Assembly (NCBI GenBank): GCA_963924565.1
Contig: OZ004608.1
Span: 26,598,001 to 26,662,000, forward strand
DNA from: Ascidiella aspersa
Lineage: Eukaryota
DNA length: 64,000 nucleotides
Reading direction: 5' to 3'
Shown here: positions 1 to 13,911 of the stretch, piece after piece
Numbering within the stretch: the first letter of the stretch is position 1
How the letters are laid out: every line of letters begins with the position of its first letter
The notes under the pieces: model-generated
Database searches by the model: none
What the model was told of the DNA's origin: nothing
The model's input: only the letters and a program-made list of their open reading frames with translations
Translations under genes and position numbers: made by a program

Positions 1-368
1 CACGAAATCTGCAAAAGCCCACGCAATAATATAAAGTTAGTGACAAACAGATATAGCGTATCATAGACTGTTATAGAGTCTAGCGATCATTCAGAAATGG
101 TGTTATCTCTTCCCAGAATTAGCTTTGCAAATTTACTAAAATTAGATAATTTAGGGGCAAAATTTCCTCTATTGCAAACCCTTACGTTTTTAATATAATT
201 TGTTTAAAAATACCATTTTACCCTATAAATTTTCGCTAAGCTGTTACGCTTCCGCCCTTTAAATTTAAGGTTGATTTGTTTTATACAAAATATTCGCGTT
301 TTCTTTTCTTCCTACTGGACAAATTAACATCAGTGTTAGCTACGGAACTCTATATCAAATCTACCGAC

Positions 369-1292
369 CTGTACTTGGGACTGTTGGGTTGTCGGCCAGC
401 AGAGCGTTGTCGCTGGTGGGCATCTCGTCTTCCGCCAAATGCTGGTTGGTCAGTTCTGGAGTCAATACTTGTCCTGCAACTCCTGCAATCGCTGCTCCAG
501 CCTACATTCAGATAAAGTAAATCGAGTAGGATACGGACATTAGGCAGAATATAGCATTTTATTTGATTTGAAAACTTTACTGTTATGTTAGTGCATGTGG
601 TGTGTTGCGGCCATCAACCAAAACGAAGCGAGTAAGGTAATTACTATAGTTTTGATTATCTTAAAAAATACATACATGCAACTCCGAACAGTATAATTAG
701 GCAATATAGCCTAAACATTTCGCCCCTCAAGAATAATTAAACTTACTTGTAGCAGCTGAGAAGGTACACATCGGTTGAGAACCGGGTGATGAGGCAGTAT
801 GACGTCATAAGGCATCGTGCACACTCGCTCATCGATGAGCGTCTCGTTCAAGTCGTATCCGTTTTGCTGCAGCAAGGAAGGGCACCTCACTACTGTTGTG
901 GGGCATTCGCTCACACAAATCACCGCCGGTCCGCTTTCCTGGTTCAGCAACTGGCTCGGATCAAGAGCCATCTTGATGTCCGAGAAGGCCATCAAGAATT
1001 GAAATGGGCGCGCCGAGTGATCGCGCCCAGATTCGGGCACCCCAGAAATAGGGACGTTCTTCTCTCTTCCGCACACATTTCCCCAGGAGTCGGCGCCGTT
1101 CAAAAATCGACCTGCGTCACCCTTATCGATGCTGAAATAGGCCAGGTAACCCATTCCGCCGAGCATCGCGATAAAGAGCAGAAGAAATAGGACGTCGCGG
1201 GGTTTTCTGACCCGCGTCGGGGTCGTCGGACCCTCCTCGATGTCGAGGACCTCCACGTCTGTGGTGAACTTGTCACCCAAGCAACAACCCAT
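369..1292 (-). CDS. SLC44A1: Choline transporter-like protein (SLC44/CTL family, CTL1-like), first two coding exons; gene continues off the left edge
   Basis: Exon 1 1292-747 (ATG at 1292, donor GTAAGT) encodes MGCCLG...RKPRDVLFLLLFIAMLGGMGYLAYFSI (TM1), then GDAGRFLNGADSWGNVCG and ICVSECP...VLNRCVP, which are typical CTL extracellular-loop motifs. The MGCC start resembles vertebrate CTL1. Probable exon 2 501-369 (tgtag acceptor, gtcggt donor) is in frame. Paralog assignment is tentative. Confidence 0.85.
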
Positions 1293-4200
1293 GTCGATAG
1301 GTTGTCGCTTCACCTCCGACCACACTTCAGTCGTGCAGCCAAATGCCGAAACGCCGGTTTAACAACGTTACGCAAAGCACAAAACACCTCTCGTCGCTTG
1401 GAATTCGCAATAGAGCACAATTTCTCGATAAATCGCCAAGAAATTCGCAAAATGCCGACAAAACCGTTGCGTGTAACACAACGGCAGTCTATGAATAACA
1501 GATTGAGTATAAAATTTGGTATACATAATTTTTCCTTTGTGACGTAATTGAGGCCTCTGTGTTCGCATAAGACACAGTCTGGGTAGTTAAGTAAAATTCA
1601 ATGCACTCATTATAAAATATTGCAAATTTTATGACATTTAACCAATAATACTACACTACAAAATATATTAAGGTCGATTTCGATTAAATCATGCTAATAA
1701 CCCTAATGAATATGTTTGAAAAATGTGTGTTTCGATCCTTACTTTTCCAACAGAATGAATTAAACCTGCCAAGTTGATAAGGACCTATTATATCTTACCG
1801 AGGGCGCACACATTTGTCTTCAAGGCAAAACTTTTGTTTCGGAATTAAGAGAGGTACAGTTGAGATAGGCACATACAAAATTTCGCAGATTGGTAGGTTA
1901 TAAAAAAGTGGCTTTTATCAATATGATTTTGGTAAACAATTTGTGGCGATACCTCCAAATCTGTTGAAGGTTATAGGGAACTGCTAAAATATACGATGCT
2001 TGAGAAACTGTTTAGATTTGCACGAAAAAATCCATTAACTGTGTTAATGTGCCGCAAATTGCATTAACTATTTATTAATTCAGCAGAAATTGTATTTCAT
2101 AGAGTGCACGAGGATGCTAAATTGCTAGCCTGTGGATATAGAAAAGGTTTCAAAAAAATATTTTTTAATTTATCTATAGTTAAGTTGGCCCCAAAATTGT
2201 AATTTGAATACGGCAGTTATATTTTTTGATACCAAATTTAAAATTAAAGACAGAAAAATTGGCGTGGTATCTAGACGACGCCTCTTGGCATTTACGCAAT
2301 TATTGGTTGTTCAAAATATAGCTCGGGGTCAATAACCTGGTGTTCCTAAACTCTGGAACCGCCCTTGATTACAGCCAAAGCAATTGAGGAAAAACACAAA
2401 CAAATCCAAGTAAAATTTACATCTAATTAAAGTTTTTGAGTAGGCTACGGTTCAATAAAAAAGAAAACCATTAATCTTTTCTGAAAAAAGAAACAAAAGT
2501 TAAACCTTGAAAGTTAACAAATCTTGCTTAAATGTTCAAAAAAAAGATAACGTTTACTAAAGCAAGCGTAAGTTATAGGTTTTAAAACAGCAGCTGGTCG
2601 AAATTATGACTAGGACCAAATATTTTGACATTAAATGGTAATATTTTTCGATTGGTACACAGCCTTTTTACAACATAAAGTTTTTAATGCTATGCCTATG
2701 TGTTACTGATTTTAAGAACAAAAACAAAATGGCTGAAAAAGTACTTAAACATGGTGGTGTGTGACGCAACAGTAAATGGTAATAACTCGGACAAGATAAA
2801 ATTGCGGCAATATTGTCTCAGACAGAATGTTGTGTGATTCTCTTAAATGCAATTTTTATAATAAAGAGAATACAATTTTGAGCAAATTTTCCTAATAATA
2901 AATATTGGAAACGATATTTGTTAAACATTTTTAACGATTTAATTAAAATCAAGCACTTTAACAACATTTTAGCGTTTCTCCCTCAGATTTCAAACTAAAT
3001 TTCCTTAAAAAAATCGTTAGTTATATGGCAACAATGTTTTTGTGTAGGGCTCCGAGGTAAACCAAACTGACCAGTTCGGCAAAACCTGGAAATCACATGA
3101 GGTTCAAAGGAATTTTGCTTTTTAAAACTTGGGGTACATACCGTAATCAGCAATTAGTAAATAAAGTTTATTTCAAAGTAAGTTCTTAATCTGTGTTATA
3201 TTACTACTAGTCCCACGAAAAAGGGAAAAAAACAAAAGGATTCTTTAAAGAAAATATGTTATTTAAAGAAAATTTGGCAGCTTTTATGAAATGTATTTAC
3301 ACTCGATTGCAGTTTCCTATTTGGACAGTGGTTTCACTGAAAACCGACGGTTTCTACTTGTTTAATGACGTTATCTTTGTACTCAATATAGATAAAAATA
3401 CAATTTAAGGAGGGGGCATGACCACGTCCCCCCTTCTTTATCCGCCACATACCACACTAATACACAGTACCTAACAGTAATACAATCAAAATGCAGCTGA
3501 AATTGAATTATTACTGGCACAATTAAAAAAGATCATCAGAAAACACAACGTATATCTTCCACATTCGATATCAATCTAAAGGAAACAATCCTATTCAATG
3601 GGCAGTTACCGATCGTCCAATGTGGGTGATGATATAGAAACTACCGTTTATAAAAGTGCACAATTTTGCGAACTTTTTATTTAGTCATGCTTTGGAAGAG
3701 CTTCAAAACCGCTTAACATCGTTGAAATTAATTAAATAAAAACCCTAATAGAGCAATCTATTTAAACCACGACTCATCCATCGACAACGACTTTAGACCC
3801 AGTTATGTATTCCAGAAGACTTACTCGATATATGGGTTTCGTAAAGTGTTGGAAATTATTGATATTATATTATAGATTAAAGCATTTTACTGGCAATGCT
3901 AGGTACAATCCATGTCAGCTATAATGTTGAATACTGTATGTTGTGCGGTGCATTTGGGTCTTCGAAAAAGTTATATCGATAACTGGCAATAGCACTAGCG
4001 TTATGTCTTTCAGAAAATCTAAACTAAACCATGAACAAGTTAACTGTTTTTGTCCTGCTGTTTGCCATTCTACTTTTAGTGGAGACCGATGCTTTTTGGT
4101 CAAGGCGTCGTCGAAGCTCTGGAGAGTAAGTTGCACTCTGGAGAGTATAAGCCTCTCATCTGCTTGCGTAATATTATAACTAATTAAACAAAAAATCAAC

Positions 4201-4385
4201 GTAATAAATGAAAGTTCTTGCATTTATAGATTTTTGTGTTCTATAACATAGCAATTGAAATATTGTATGAATTTAAAGCTAAATCAGATTTCAGAATTTT
4301 CTTGTGTTTTGACGAAACAGAAGTTTTTATTTGTATTTTTAGCAATCCACGAAGTTTCGAAATAATGCAAGACAATAAGTTAAAG

Positions 4386-5407
4386 CGGTGGTTCTCAAAC
4401 TGGGGTCAGCGAGACAATTTTTTTGGACCACGAAGCACCTAACAAAAAATCAACACGACGCTCCTCAAGGAGAAAATTTTTTGTGCGATAAAATTTTCAG
4501 GCAACTTACTTTTCCAACCAAGCTTAACTAACGCAATAAAAATAACTATGCCGGACAGAAGAAAGAAATCCAGACTCATGCTTGCTTGTTGATTGTGCAT
4601 TGTGACGTCATAGTGTTGCATTGTGCTCTTGAGAATTAGGTTTTTACAGCTTGCTGCGCTAGCGCTGCCCATAGTTGCCATTCTAGATTATTTTAATCTA
4701 GATTTAGATGTTTTGGTTTGAATCTAGATGTAGGATTATGTAATCTAGATGTTAGATGTTTTTTTAGATTATTATAAAAAAATATTGTATGATCTAAATT
4801 AGTGACAGATTCGCTATTGACGATAAATATTTCAGTAATTTCAAAAGTTTTTTTTTTGCAAATTGAAAAAAAAATAATGAGATATAGAATCGAAATTTCA
4901 GTAAACGTCATGTTCGGTAAAATGTTTTATAAAGCAGAAATCTTAAATCTAAAGCATCAAGCGAGTCCCTTTATGCAACTTTATACTGCATTAAGCTTTT
5001 AATGTTGATTTTTTGACCAAAAGTATTGAATATTTTCAAAAATCATTTTTAGATTACTTTTTGGGTAAATCTAGAAGATTACTGTGAGAAAAAATGGCAA
5101 CTATGGCGCTGCCAGTGGGCAGTACGGTCACGGTTTTTAAACTGTTCGAGATTGCTTCACTCAAATAAAGTGATTCTTCAGAGGGTTCACTGTTTCCGTA
5201 GAAACTTATATCTTAAAAGCAGAGGCAGCGTGTGACGCAGTTTTGAACTTAACCACTTCCATAATAGTCGGCTTAAAATACTAAATGCAGTATTAACAAC
5301 GTGTTATTCTGTGTTTATTTTTGAATATTTTTAAGGGGCCGTGAGCAATTTAAAAAATTGACAGGGGACCGTTGCGTAATTTTGTAAAAAGAGTTTGAGA
5401 ATCACTG
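4386..5407. mobile_element. hAT-type MITE with a nested insertion
   Basis: TIRs CGGTGGTTCTCAAACT / AGTTTGAGAATCACTG; 8-bp TSD AGTTAAAG (4378-4385, 5408-5415). Confidence 0.85.
4670..5105. mobile_element. Nested hAT-type MITE
   Basis: TIRs CATAGTTGCCATT / AATGGCAACTATG; 8-bp TSD GCGCTGCC (4662-4669, 5106-5113); subterminal TCTAGA/TTTAGA repeats. Confidence 0.85.
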
Positions 5408-6225
5408 AGTTAAAGGATCTCATGGGTAGGCATAGGTTTATATTTGACCAGATAAATTGTCCCATGCATTATAACAGTAATAATAGAAGTCGGTAAATTT
5501 AAATTTATATCGAGTGAATTTATTGTACGGTAACGTAGATGAAGTAATGGATTCCGAGAAGACAGATCGTTAGTGAATTTTTAATGTTGAAGGTATTTGT
5601 TCAAAAAATTACACAATAACCTTTTAAAGCTAGAATATACCAATAAGTGTTACTATAACCATTACAAAAAACTTGGATTTTTCAAACATCGAAGTACCAT
5701 TTTCTTTATTGCTTTTGTATTTTTTACGTTTCCAGATACTGCACGAAACTGGATGAAAAAAATCACTGCCGGTGTTTTTTTCTTTCCAAAGTAAACACTG
5801 AATAAATACAAAAAATAAAGTGTGGTTGGGTTTTTTTTTAAATGACTTGCTAAGACATAAAAGAGCAAGGAGTCGAAAAACGTCTAATGATTGTTAAATC
5901 ACCAATTATCGCGAATAAATATATGATCAAATAAAACTAGATTTAATCGGAGATTCAGTTTATGTGGTTTACTTTTAACTAGGGATGTATGACAGGTCCG
6001 ACCCGATATCAATTTGACTTAAGAATATTAGACATCGTTTGCGTTCCATTTTTTTAACCAACAGGTTGATAACTGTCAGCAAATAAACTTATAAATGCTG
6101 CTTATGTGTTTTACAAGTTGGATAGACAGGCCTATTTTATAACTCAGTTTTTTTATTTGCGCGAAAAAATTGTACCACAAATTGCTCTAACGATATTAAT
6201 TTAATAGAAATTATATTCTCTAGAG

Positions 6226-6746
6226 CAGTGATTCCCACACTTTTTTTCTCGCGTACCATTTTGAGCTTTTGTACAGTGTTGATGTACCACCTAAGTTACA
6301 CCTTACTAGATTTTCTCAAACTTTAACTATTTTAGCATATTATACAAAAGGAAATGAGCATGTAAGTAGAATTAAACTTTACCAAACGCCATACCAGGAA
6401 GACAAAGAAGCCATAAATTGAACAGGTTCAATGCGATAGTTGTTTTTTCTTCACCAGCTGGTCAATACATACGACACTACTACACCGCTCACTATTAGTT
6501 TATTACTACATATATATTAAGCCAGCCAACAATTAGCGTTTTATTAACAAGATAAGTGTTACGTCATAAACGTGCGAAACCTCCAGTTAAAGGTAACTAA
6601 AACGCACCATTGCAAATTACCCAATCTGAAAGTTTTAAAAGTTGAACATTTTCGAAATTTATACGTATGCTGAAGTTAGTCGCGTACCACTTGAAACACT
6701 CTCGCGTACCACCGGTGGTACGCGTACCACAGTTTGGGAACCACTG
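6226..6746. mobile_element. hAT-type MITE
   Basis: TIRs CAGTGATTCCCA / TGGGAACCACTG; TSD CTCTAGAG on both sides; subterminal CGCGTACCA repeats. Confidence 0.85.
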
Positions 6747-9521
6747 CTCTAGAGCAACGGTGTCCAACCTGCGGCCGTACGGGTTGAAAAGCACTGGTTT
6801 AGGCTACTGGAGCATTCGTTGTTTAAGCTTTGCAAAAATGTCACTTTGTCACATGTTGTCACTTTTCATTCTTTGCAGTATTTCATAAAAACGTTTAATA
6901 AATGGCTTCACGTTAGTTTGATTTTTATGATCGGTGGCAACCATTACACGGACTTGACTCGTTGAGTTGTTGAATGAAGCGTTAGTTCTTTTCAGTATTG
7001 TGATGCGAAAACCGCCTAGAGATCAACGAGCTGCGAAATATTGCGAGCCGTAAAAAGGTTCGGAGATAAATATTAGTTCCTGGACTCTGCAAACATAGAA
7101 GGATATAAGTTCCAAGATAGGGCCTATTTATGCGACAAAGGTTTGCACACAGCAATAAAGCGACGATCAACGTAGTAAAACACAGAAAAGTGATGATTAA
7201 CATTATTTAGTGTGTGTTAGCGAGCTTAATGCAAATGAGTATGAGTTTTGGACAAATAGAGCACCAAAGGTAAAACGGAGTAATTTATAAATCTGATGGT
7301 TAACACGAAGCTTGACAATGTCAAACATTTACTTGTAATAAAATGGCTCTTAAAAGGTTGACTCACTAAACTTGCATCCACGATTTTTAGCCAGTCAGTC
7401 AGCAGTGATGCTGAATTTAGCGTTACTAAAGTTTCTAAAAAAGACTCACAACACCTTTGGGAATAAGTTGTAGCTTTCAGCTTGGCAGTATTTAATGAAC
7501 ACACTATAACTATGACAGCGTAGCCTACTGTAGCGTTGTGGAGAAGGTGGTCAAACGCATGTAATTCAGCATGTTTAGAGGTTAATAACAATAGTTTTTG
7601 TCAAAAAGTTGAATTCGTTTAGAATTTAGATTCACGGCAACTTTAACAACGGATCGGCATTAAACATTATCAACAACGTAAGTGTCAAAGATTGACTGAG
7701 TGTCTTCTATGGCATTGTATTATGAAGCAATCATAATACAATGTACATATTGTGTACATTGGGCTTCTGTAAACAATCCTTTATTAAAACATCATTTAAA
7801 TAATTAATTTATATTTGTGCCAGATGTATTAATTGGTCTATAATCTATTTAAAACTTGTTAAGGTCTGAATTAACGTCATAGCACAGGTAATGACGATCC
7901 TGATTTCATGTGGAACAGGCCAAAATAGCAAATCACATTTTTATCTTACCTGTCAGTTTACCGAACTGATTAATAATAATTATTATAATTTGCATAAAAA
8001 AGCCCAATTTTAGAACTTCTCTGTACAAACTGAATCAGATGTTGCAAAGGTTACATGAGCACTAATAAAAACAACTCTCAACGATTATTTTGTAAAACCT
8101 TTGATCAAAACTTGTAACTTCCGTGTTATTAGCATTTCCATGTTAGATACCATGGATATTAAGTATGGAAACAAATTAATTTACTAAGGTTGTGGCAAAC
8201 CAACTTATTCCTATTTGTAGATAAACGATCTTGCCATCAATAAGCAACACGTCGATAAGTCTTTTGGTAGACTATATCTTTTTGGCTAAAGCTCAATATA
8301 CCATTGATTAAGTAATAGTGATAACCTTGGCGTTTTCCTTAATCAAAATTAAATAGGGCACCGGAGGGCACACGGAAGTAAAACCTTTTAGTTGTTTGCA
8401 CATTTGGGGTTGATTGGCAATAAAGTGTGCGTGGTAAACAAAGACTGGTGTTTTGCGATATCAAACAAACTTACATGGGAAAGTCCGAAGAGAAAGTAGA
8501 ATTTTCCCTATAACCTTACAGTGGTTAAGCAACCTATGGATTCCTTATAAATTATAATATATTTCACCAGGTTACACGCCAGTACGTGTATGCTAAAATT
8601 TTCGCTTTTCGGTACCGGTATAACATAAAACAACATATTTAGAGGTTTTTGCGTAAAATTAGGCATACTAAGCTGTCAATAGTGGTCAGTGGAAAACAAT
8701 TTTAAGAAAGTAGTAATTATTTTAAACCGTGTATTATTCATTTTTGTCTGCGTTAAAATTTAAAGCCTTCGTTATATGGTATTTTTAGTTTTTTGCTATG
8801 TGATAAAACTTCGAAATGGTTAGAGCAGGATATTCAGTTAACCTCAGAAGGTGTCGCTTAAACTAGTTTGTGGTTGCAACCCGAGATTTCTATTCGTTGA
8901 AATGCGACGATTTGAGTAATGCCTGTGTCGCATTAGCAGTAAAATTAGCTTGCGTATATAGCAATTCTCTTGTTTTTCGCACTTATTTATTTGTAATTCT
9001 AGTGTCACGCAAATAAAATTTCGGTTTTAGCGGAAATCGATTTTGAATTTATGTCTAATATCTAAGTTTCCTTTAAGTTTAATCCAATATCAGTGATTAT
9101 TGAATTTCTGGACAAACACATGTTAAATTAAAAAAATTGTAATTGTAAAATACGTCTGACAGTTTTTTTATAAAACCACAACGATGAATTCTAATAGAAT
9201 TTATTGGAAAAGTCAAAATGCATTTAATCAAATCAATAATTATGTTATTATAAAAGTTCGTACTACAGGTCTGTCCAGCAGTAGGCTAAACAGAGGTAGT
9301 ATTTAAATTGCGTTTTGCATAAAACATTTAGTATTAGAGCAACAAATAAATATCGATATTTTAAAGGTTTAAGTATAAGGTATAGTAACCTGGTGTTGTA
9401 ATTTGAATAATAAAAGCTTGTATTTCTTCGCCCATTTGCGAAGAACTGTTGCGAAATATACTGGAAAGCAACTGAAAAACATAACAATTGTCGATAAATC
9501 ACCAATTTAGCAAGACTTTAG

Positions 9522-12500
9522 ATGGCGTGGCATATTCTTCACGGTTTGTTGGAACAGGTCCGAACCCATTCCACCTTTCCTGCAAAGGTGTGGATTTTCA
9601 TGATGTTCGTCTTTCGCATTGTGATCGTCGCCAGGATCGGGGACATGGTTTACCACGATGAACAGGTATGTTGAATATTTGTTGTAGTCGATTTAGAACT
9701 TTTCCAAAGCCGCTTCAAGACTTGGTCCCTTTCTGCCAGAGGTCGTGAGTTCGAACCTCAATGCAAGTTAATTGCTTGTCCAGCTTGCCTTGCTTACATC
9801 ATTGATCGACAGATTCGGTGAGTCTGGGATGACTTTCGGTGTACTGCTTTAAGACAGTTAGTTTTTTATACAAATTTACTCTGAGCAGCGAGGGATGATC
9901 GAATTGCTAGTTCAGGCTAATGGGTTCAGTAAGAAAGCAACGTATAAACTACTTTATGGAGTTAAGGCAACAACAACTATAAGATACAAATGATTGCTAA
10001 CAATCAGGCCTTTCGGGAGAAGAAGAGCATACATTTATACGGACTCTTTTTTGCGACACTTCTAATTTTACTTTTTATTGCAAAAATGACGTATAATTAT
10101 ACAATACCGTCGCTTAATCAAATCAATAAAATAAATGTTTACAACTTCTTAGTCGTATAAGGATGTTTCGCGTCCTCTAAAGCAAAGATTGATGTTGCGT
10201 TAACGATAGGTGATGATGTAATTTAAGCCACGACATAAACACTGGTTAAATAGTTTCCTTTCACTGACCGGCATTTAAAGTATGGTTAAAAATCCCTGTA
10301 AAAATAGTTATTATAGCCTAAGTAAACTGTGTCTTGTCTCTCCTTCTAAGTTATATTATTCGCCGCAAACAATCTTACTAAAGCTGTACCGCCTTGTACC
10401 GGTATCACACAGCGTAGCTTATTGATAAAACCATATCTACAAGCATGTAAACATTTTTTACTAATTAATCTTTCTTATTACTTCAGTGGATTGTTCCGTT
10501 GGATAATAATTTCGGTAAAATATCTTGACAAATGCTTATTTGCATTGGCAGGAAAATTTCATCTGCAACACTTTGACTCCGGGATGCCCGAATGTTTGCT
10601 TCAACGGCTTTAGTCCGATCTCCCAGCTCCGCTATTGGTCGCTCAGTGTGCTGGTGGTGACCGTTCCCAGCATCTTCTTCTACATCTACGCCACTCACAA
10701 GATCTACCACGCCCACGTGAAGTTTCCCGACGAGGAAGAAGAGGAAGACTTTGATAGAAGGGACTCATATAGTTTTTCGCCAAGCGTTAAACGTAAACGC
10801 GAAAATCGCCCACCGCCGTCTTACGCCACCGGTTCGCCACTGTACAAAGTTAAACGGCTCAATGCACGAAATTTAAGGAAGAGCAACACTAACGATGCAA
10901 TACGGAGAAGGAAACATCAGCGGAACTATGGCGACGACGAAAAGGAAAACGCGGACAAGCAAGGATCCACAACGGATAATAACCACACGCCAACTGAGGA
11001 TTTATCAACCAGAAAGTTTCAACATTGGGCCGAACCAAAGTGAGTAATAGTCAACGAAACGGTATGATAGTTAACAAAACGGTACGAAGAAAACACATAC
11101 ATGCTGTTGTGGTTTGATTCCAAATGGCTATGTTTTAGTAATTTTACCAAATGCATACATGTCTCTGTATATCCTGACTACTTAACTGGCCTATAGAAAT
11201 GGTTCAGGAAATTAGTCAAGTGAATACCATGTTTAAATAAACACTATCAAAAAAATGTTTTTTCAAAAATTTAAATTAATAGTCGGTAACAGGAAATTTT
11301 TAAACTGTATGTATTGTACATGTATTTCGTAGAAGTTTTTAGCTAACTCCGATTGACCTTTACATATGCAGTGGATACGGTTATCCGATCTATGTGGACA
11401 GTCGCGGAACAAAAGTCGAGTATATCAAGAAACCGAAAGTCCACACACAAAAAATCAGCGAAAACAAGCAAAGAAAATTATTCTTGGAAAACCCTGCTCT
11501 GTACCGCGCCTACTGGTGGCATGTAGTAATGAGAACCATTCTTGAGGTATTTTGGCGTTGTTTATCCTAGTTCTAAAACTAGTTAAAATGGTAAAGCAGT
11601 ATATAGTCAGATTGAATTACAAGCGTAGCACTATTAATATTTCGCGTGAGTTAACAATTTATTGCTGGACAAACAGAACTCTCAAGCGCTATCTCGTTAA
11701 ACTCGACTGTTGATCTTTATGACGCAAGTTTTATGTGAAAATGTAAATTGAACAGGGTTAGATGTCACTGCCTGGGATCTCTGCTTTATGTTGGTATTTT
11801 TAACAGTTAAAAGCTGTCCTGAAAAGCCTTCATTTTCAAGTAGTCGACTTTCCAGCAAATAGGAAAACAGGCAGTAAATATATGTACTTATTTATTGGTT
11901 GCTATGGGAATGTATTAGCGTCAAATATACTGTAGGATCTATTAATATGGAATGGTTACAAACATATTTCCCTGCATAGGCTGGATTTTTGGTAGGCCAG
12001 TACTACTTGTACGGTTGGAAGGTGCCCGAAGTTTATCAATGTACGCGTGAACCCTGTTTCGACGTCGTCTACTGCTATGTTTCCAGACCAATGGAGAAAT
12101 CGTGCCTCATGTGGATTATGTATGGGCTAGGTTAGTATGACATTTCAGAATATATATCGCTGCTGATGGTGCACTTAAGTCACTGTTTTCCAATGATTTG
12201 ACTTGACATAGCTATTTCGGACAACAGACTCGACTCGGACTTCATTGACTCAAAGTCACTTGACTTAAAATTAAGTGTTTTCAAATAACATTTTATTATT
12301 TAGTTGAGCTATTTGTTTTTACACTAGTTCTGCACGTTAAACGAGTAAATTGCTACATGTTGTTTTTAGTTGAATTATTGTTAATGATCGGACAAGGTTA
12401 CCATTTTAATACTTTACCGTTTTTTTTTGTTTTTTTTATATCAGTGATTTGACTTCTAGATGACTTGCTATATTAATTACTTAACTGGGATTTTACGCAT

Positions 12501-13017
12501 TGGCTTGTTTACATCACTGATAATTTCCATTTCGAATTGACCTAGCTTCTCACTTGTAGCCTATGTTTTGTATAAACTCTTTTTGTTTAAATTGGCTAGT
12601 TGATTATGTTCCAATTGCCTTGATGAAAATTACGCCATGTGTTTTAAAAAACAATTATTGTTAACTCACATTTTATATAGGAGTTTTTCCCGCGCTATGT
12701 ACTATTAACAAAGCTTAACAATTAGATCTAACTGTTTCGCCCAACAAAATTGCACAGGTTTCTTCGCCTGCCTCTTAAGCGTGGCCGAGTTCTGGACCCT
12801 TGGCTTCACTAGGGTCAAAACCGCGTTTTGCTGCTGTCAGAGGGAGGACAGTGACGTTCCCTACGAAGAAAAGCGACGTCGCCTGGCCCGTTTAGAGACC
12901 TACAAGGACAAAAAAGATGAAGCTAAACTGTCAGGGGAAGCGGCAATCATGTACAGAAAAGGATTCCATGTCTCACTCGACAGTCTCAGTAGCGCTACGA
13001 CCGTCGAAAGCGTTTGA
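9522..13017 (+). CDS. Connexin (gap junction protein), 5 coding exons, about 405 aa
   Basis: Exons 9522-9665, 10552-11039, 11372-11546, 11980-12130, 12758-13017; all introns GT-AG, phases consistent, 1218 nt total. N-terminus MAWHILHGLLEQVRTHSTFPAKVW; EL1 [32 protein letters not shown] (C-x6-C-x3-C); EL2 CTREPCFDVVYCYVSRPMEK (C-x4-C-x5-C); four hydrophobic segments. Confidence 0.95.
9723..9850 (+). mobile_element. Diverged fragment of the same tRNA-headed element in connexin intron 1
   Basis: GAGGTCGTGAGTTCGAACCTCA...GATCGACAGATTCGGTGAGTCTG...TTTCGGTGTACTG aligns to the reverse complement of the 32851-33467 units. Confidence 0.75.
12172..12519. repeat. Dispersed GACTTGACTT-rich repeat family (also about 27010-27415 and 39657-39759)
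   Basis: Shared CACTTAAGTCACTGTTT start, many TGACTT units and a common end CTTGTTTACATCACT. Confidence 0.6.
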
Positions 13018-13911
13018 TACTGTCCACGATAACAGCGTGTGTTAAAAGTCTGATAGTAATTGCTGTCATTATACCCGTTGTAATTTTGATCACCTAGAAA
13101 GAATGGCTTTGAGTTTACGGTGTTTGGAAAAATGAAATTAGTTGCTCAACTAGCTAGTATGAGGTACACTTGCCTGATATTTTTGTATTGTTCTTTTTCG
13201 GTTTAGCTCGCTCTTTTATGATATCTGTTTTATGACATCTGTAGGTAATATGTCTATACTACAGTTTTTTGCTCCACTTTTTCTCTGATTTACTGCTATA
13301 TCAATGAGCTGTCACACTTTTTAATGCTACCATTACTTACAAACGTAAAGCAATGACGTAACACTGTTTTCTCCTTAAATAAGTGAAGTAACTATTCGTA
13401 ATTGCAGGCAGTTGTAGTTGTTTATGGAGTTAATCGACGTTAGTTTTTCGACTGTTCAAGTATTCAGTTGTGCAATTATCCATTGTATTTTTTTAATATA
13501 GTCATTTATAAAATCTGAAATGGTAAAATATGTGCACTCTAACCATATCTTAAAATAAGTTAGATATTTTTAATCTTAAGCGGTTTGTGAGACAAGTAGA
13601 CTACTGCAATATTTTTGCGAAAGAGTTAATCCCTATTGGTGATTTTCATTTAAAGATACGTCGAACCAAAACTATCTAATAACAAATATATATTAAAACC
13701 AAAAGGTGATTATTAGAAGCAAAGCTTTATTTATCGCAATAATTATACAGTACATCAATCTCGAAAGTTAGCAAATGGACACGATACAATTTTTCATCTT
13801 AAGCGGTTTGTGAAAATAGTTGACTACTGCAATGTTTTTGGCGAATTTAGCGGTCACTGAACGTTTTAATAAGCACTGATACAAGCAGAGACAATCCAAG
13901 TAAAACAAAGT

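Noticed and set aside
1600-9400. Hidden gene between SLC44 and connexin (ORFs 3915-4223, 6982-7203, 7226-7591)
   Set aside because: No recognisable motifs or consistent exon chain; much of the region is MITE-derived. Non-coding connexin exons cannot be excluded.
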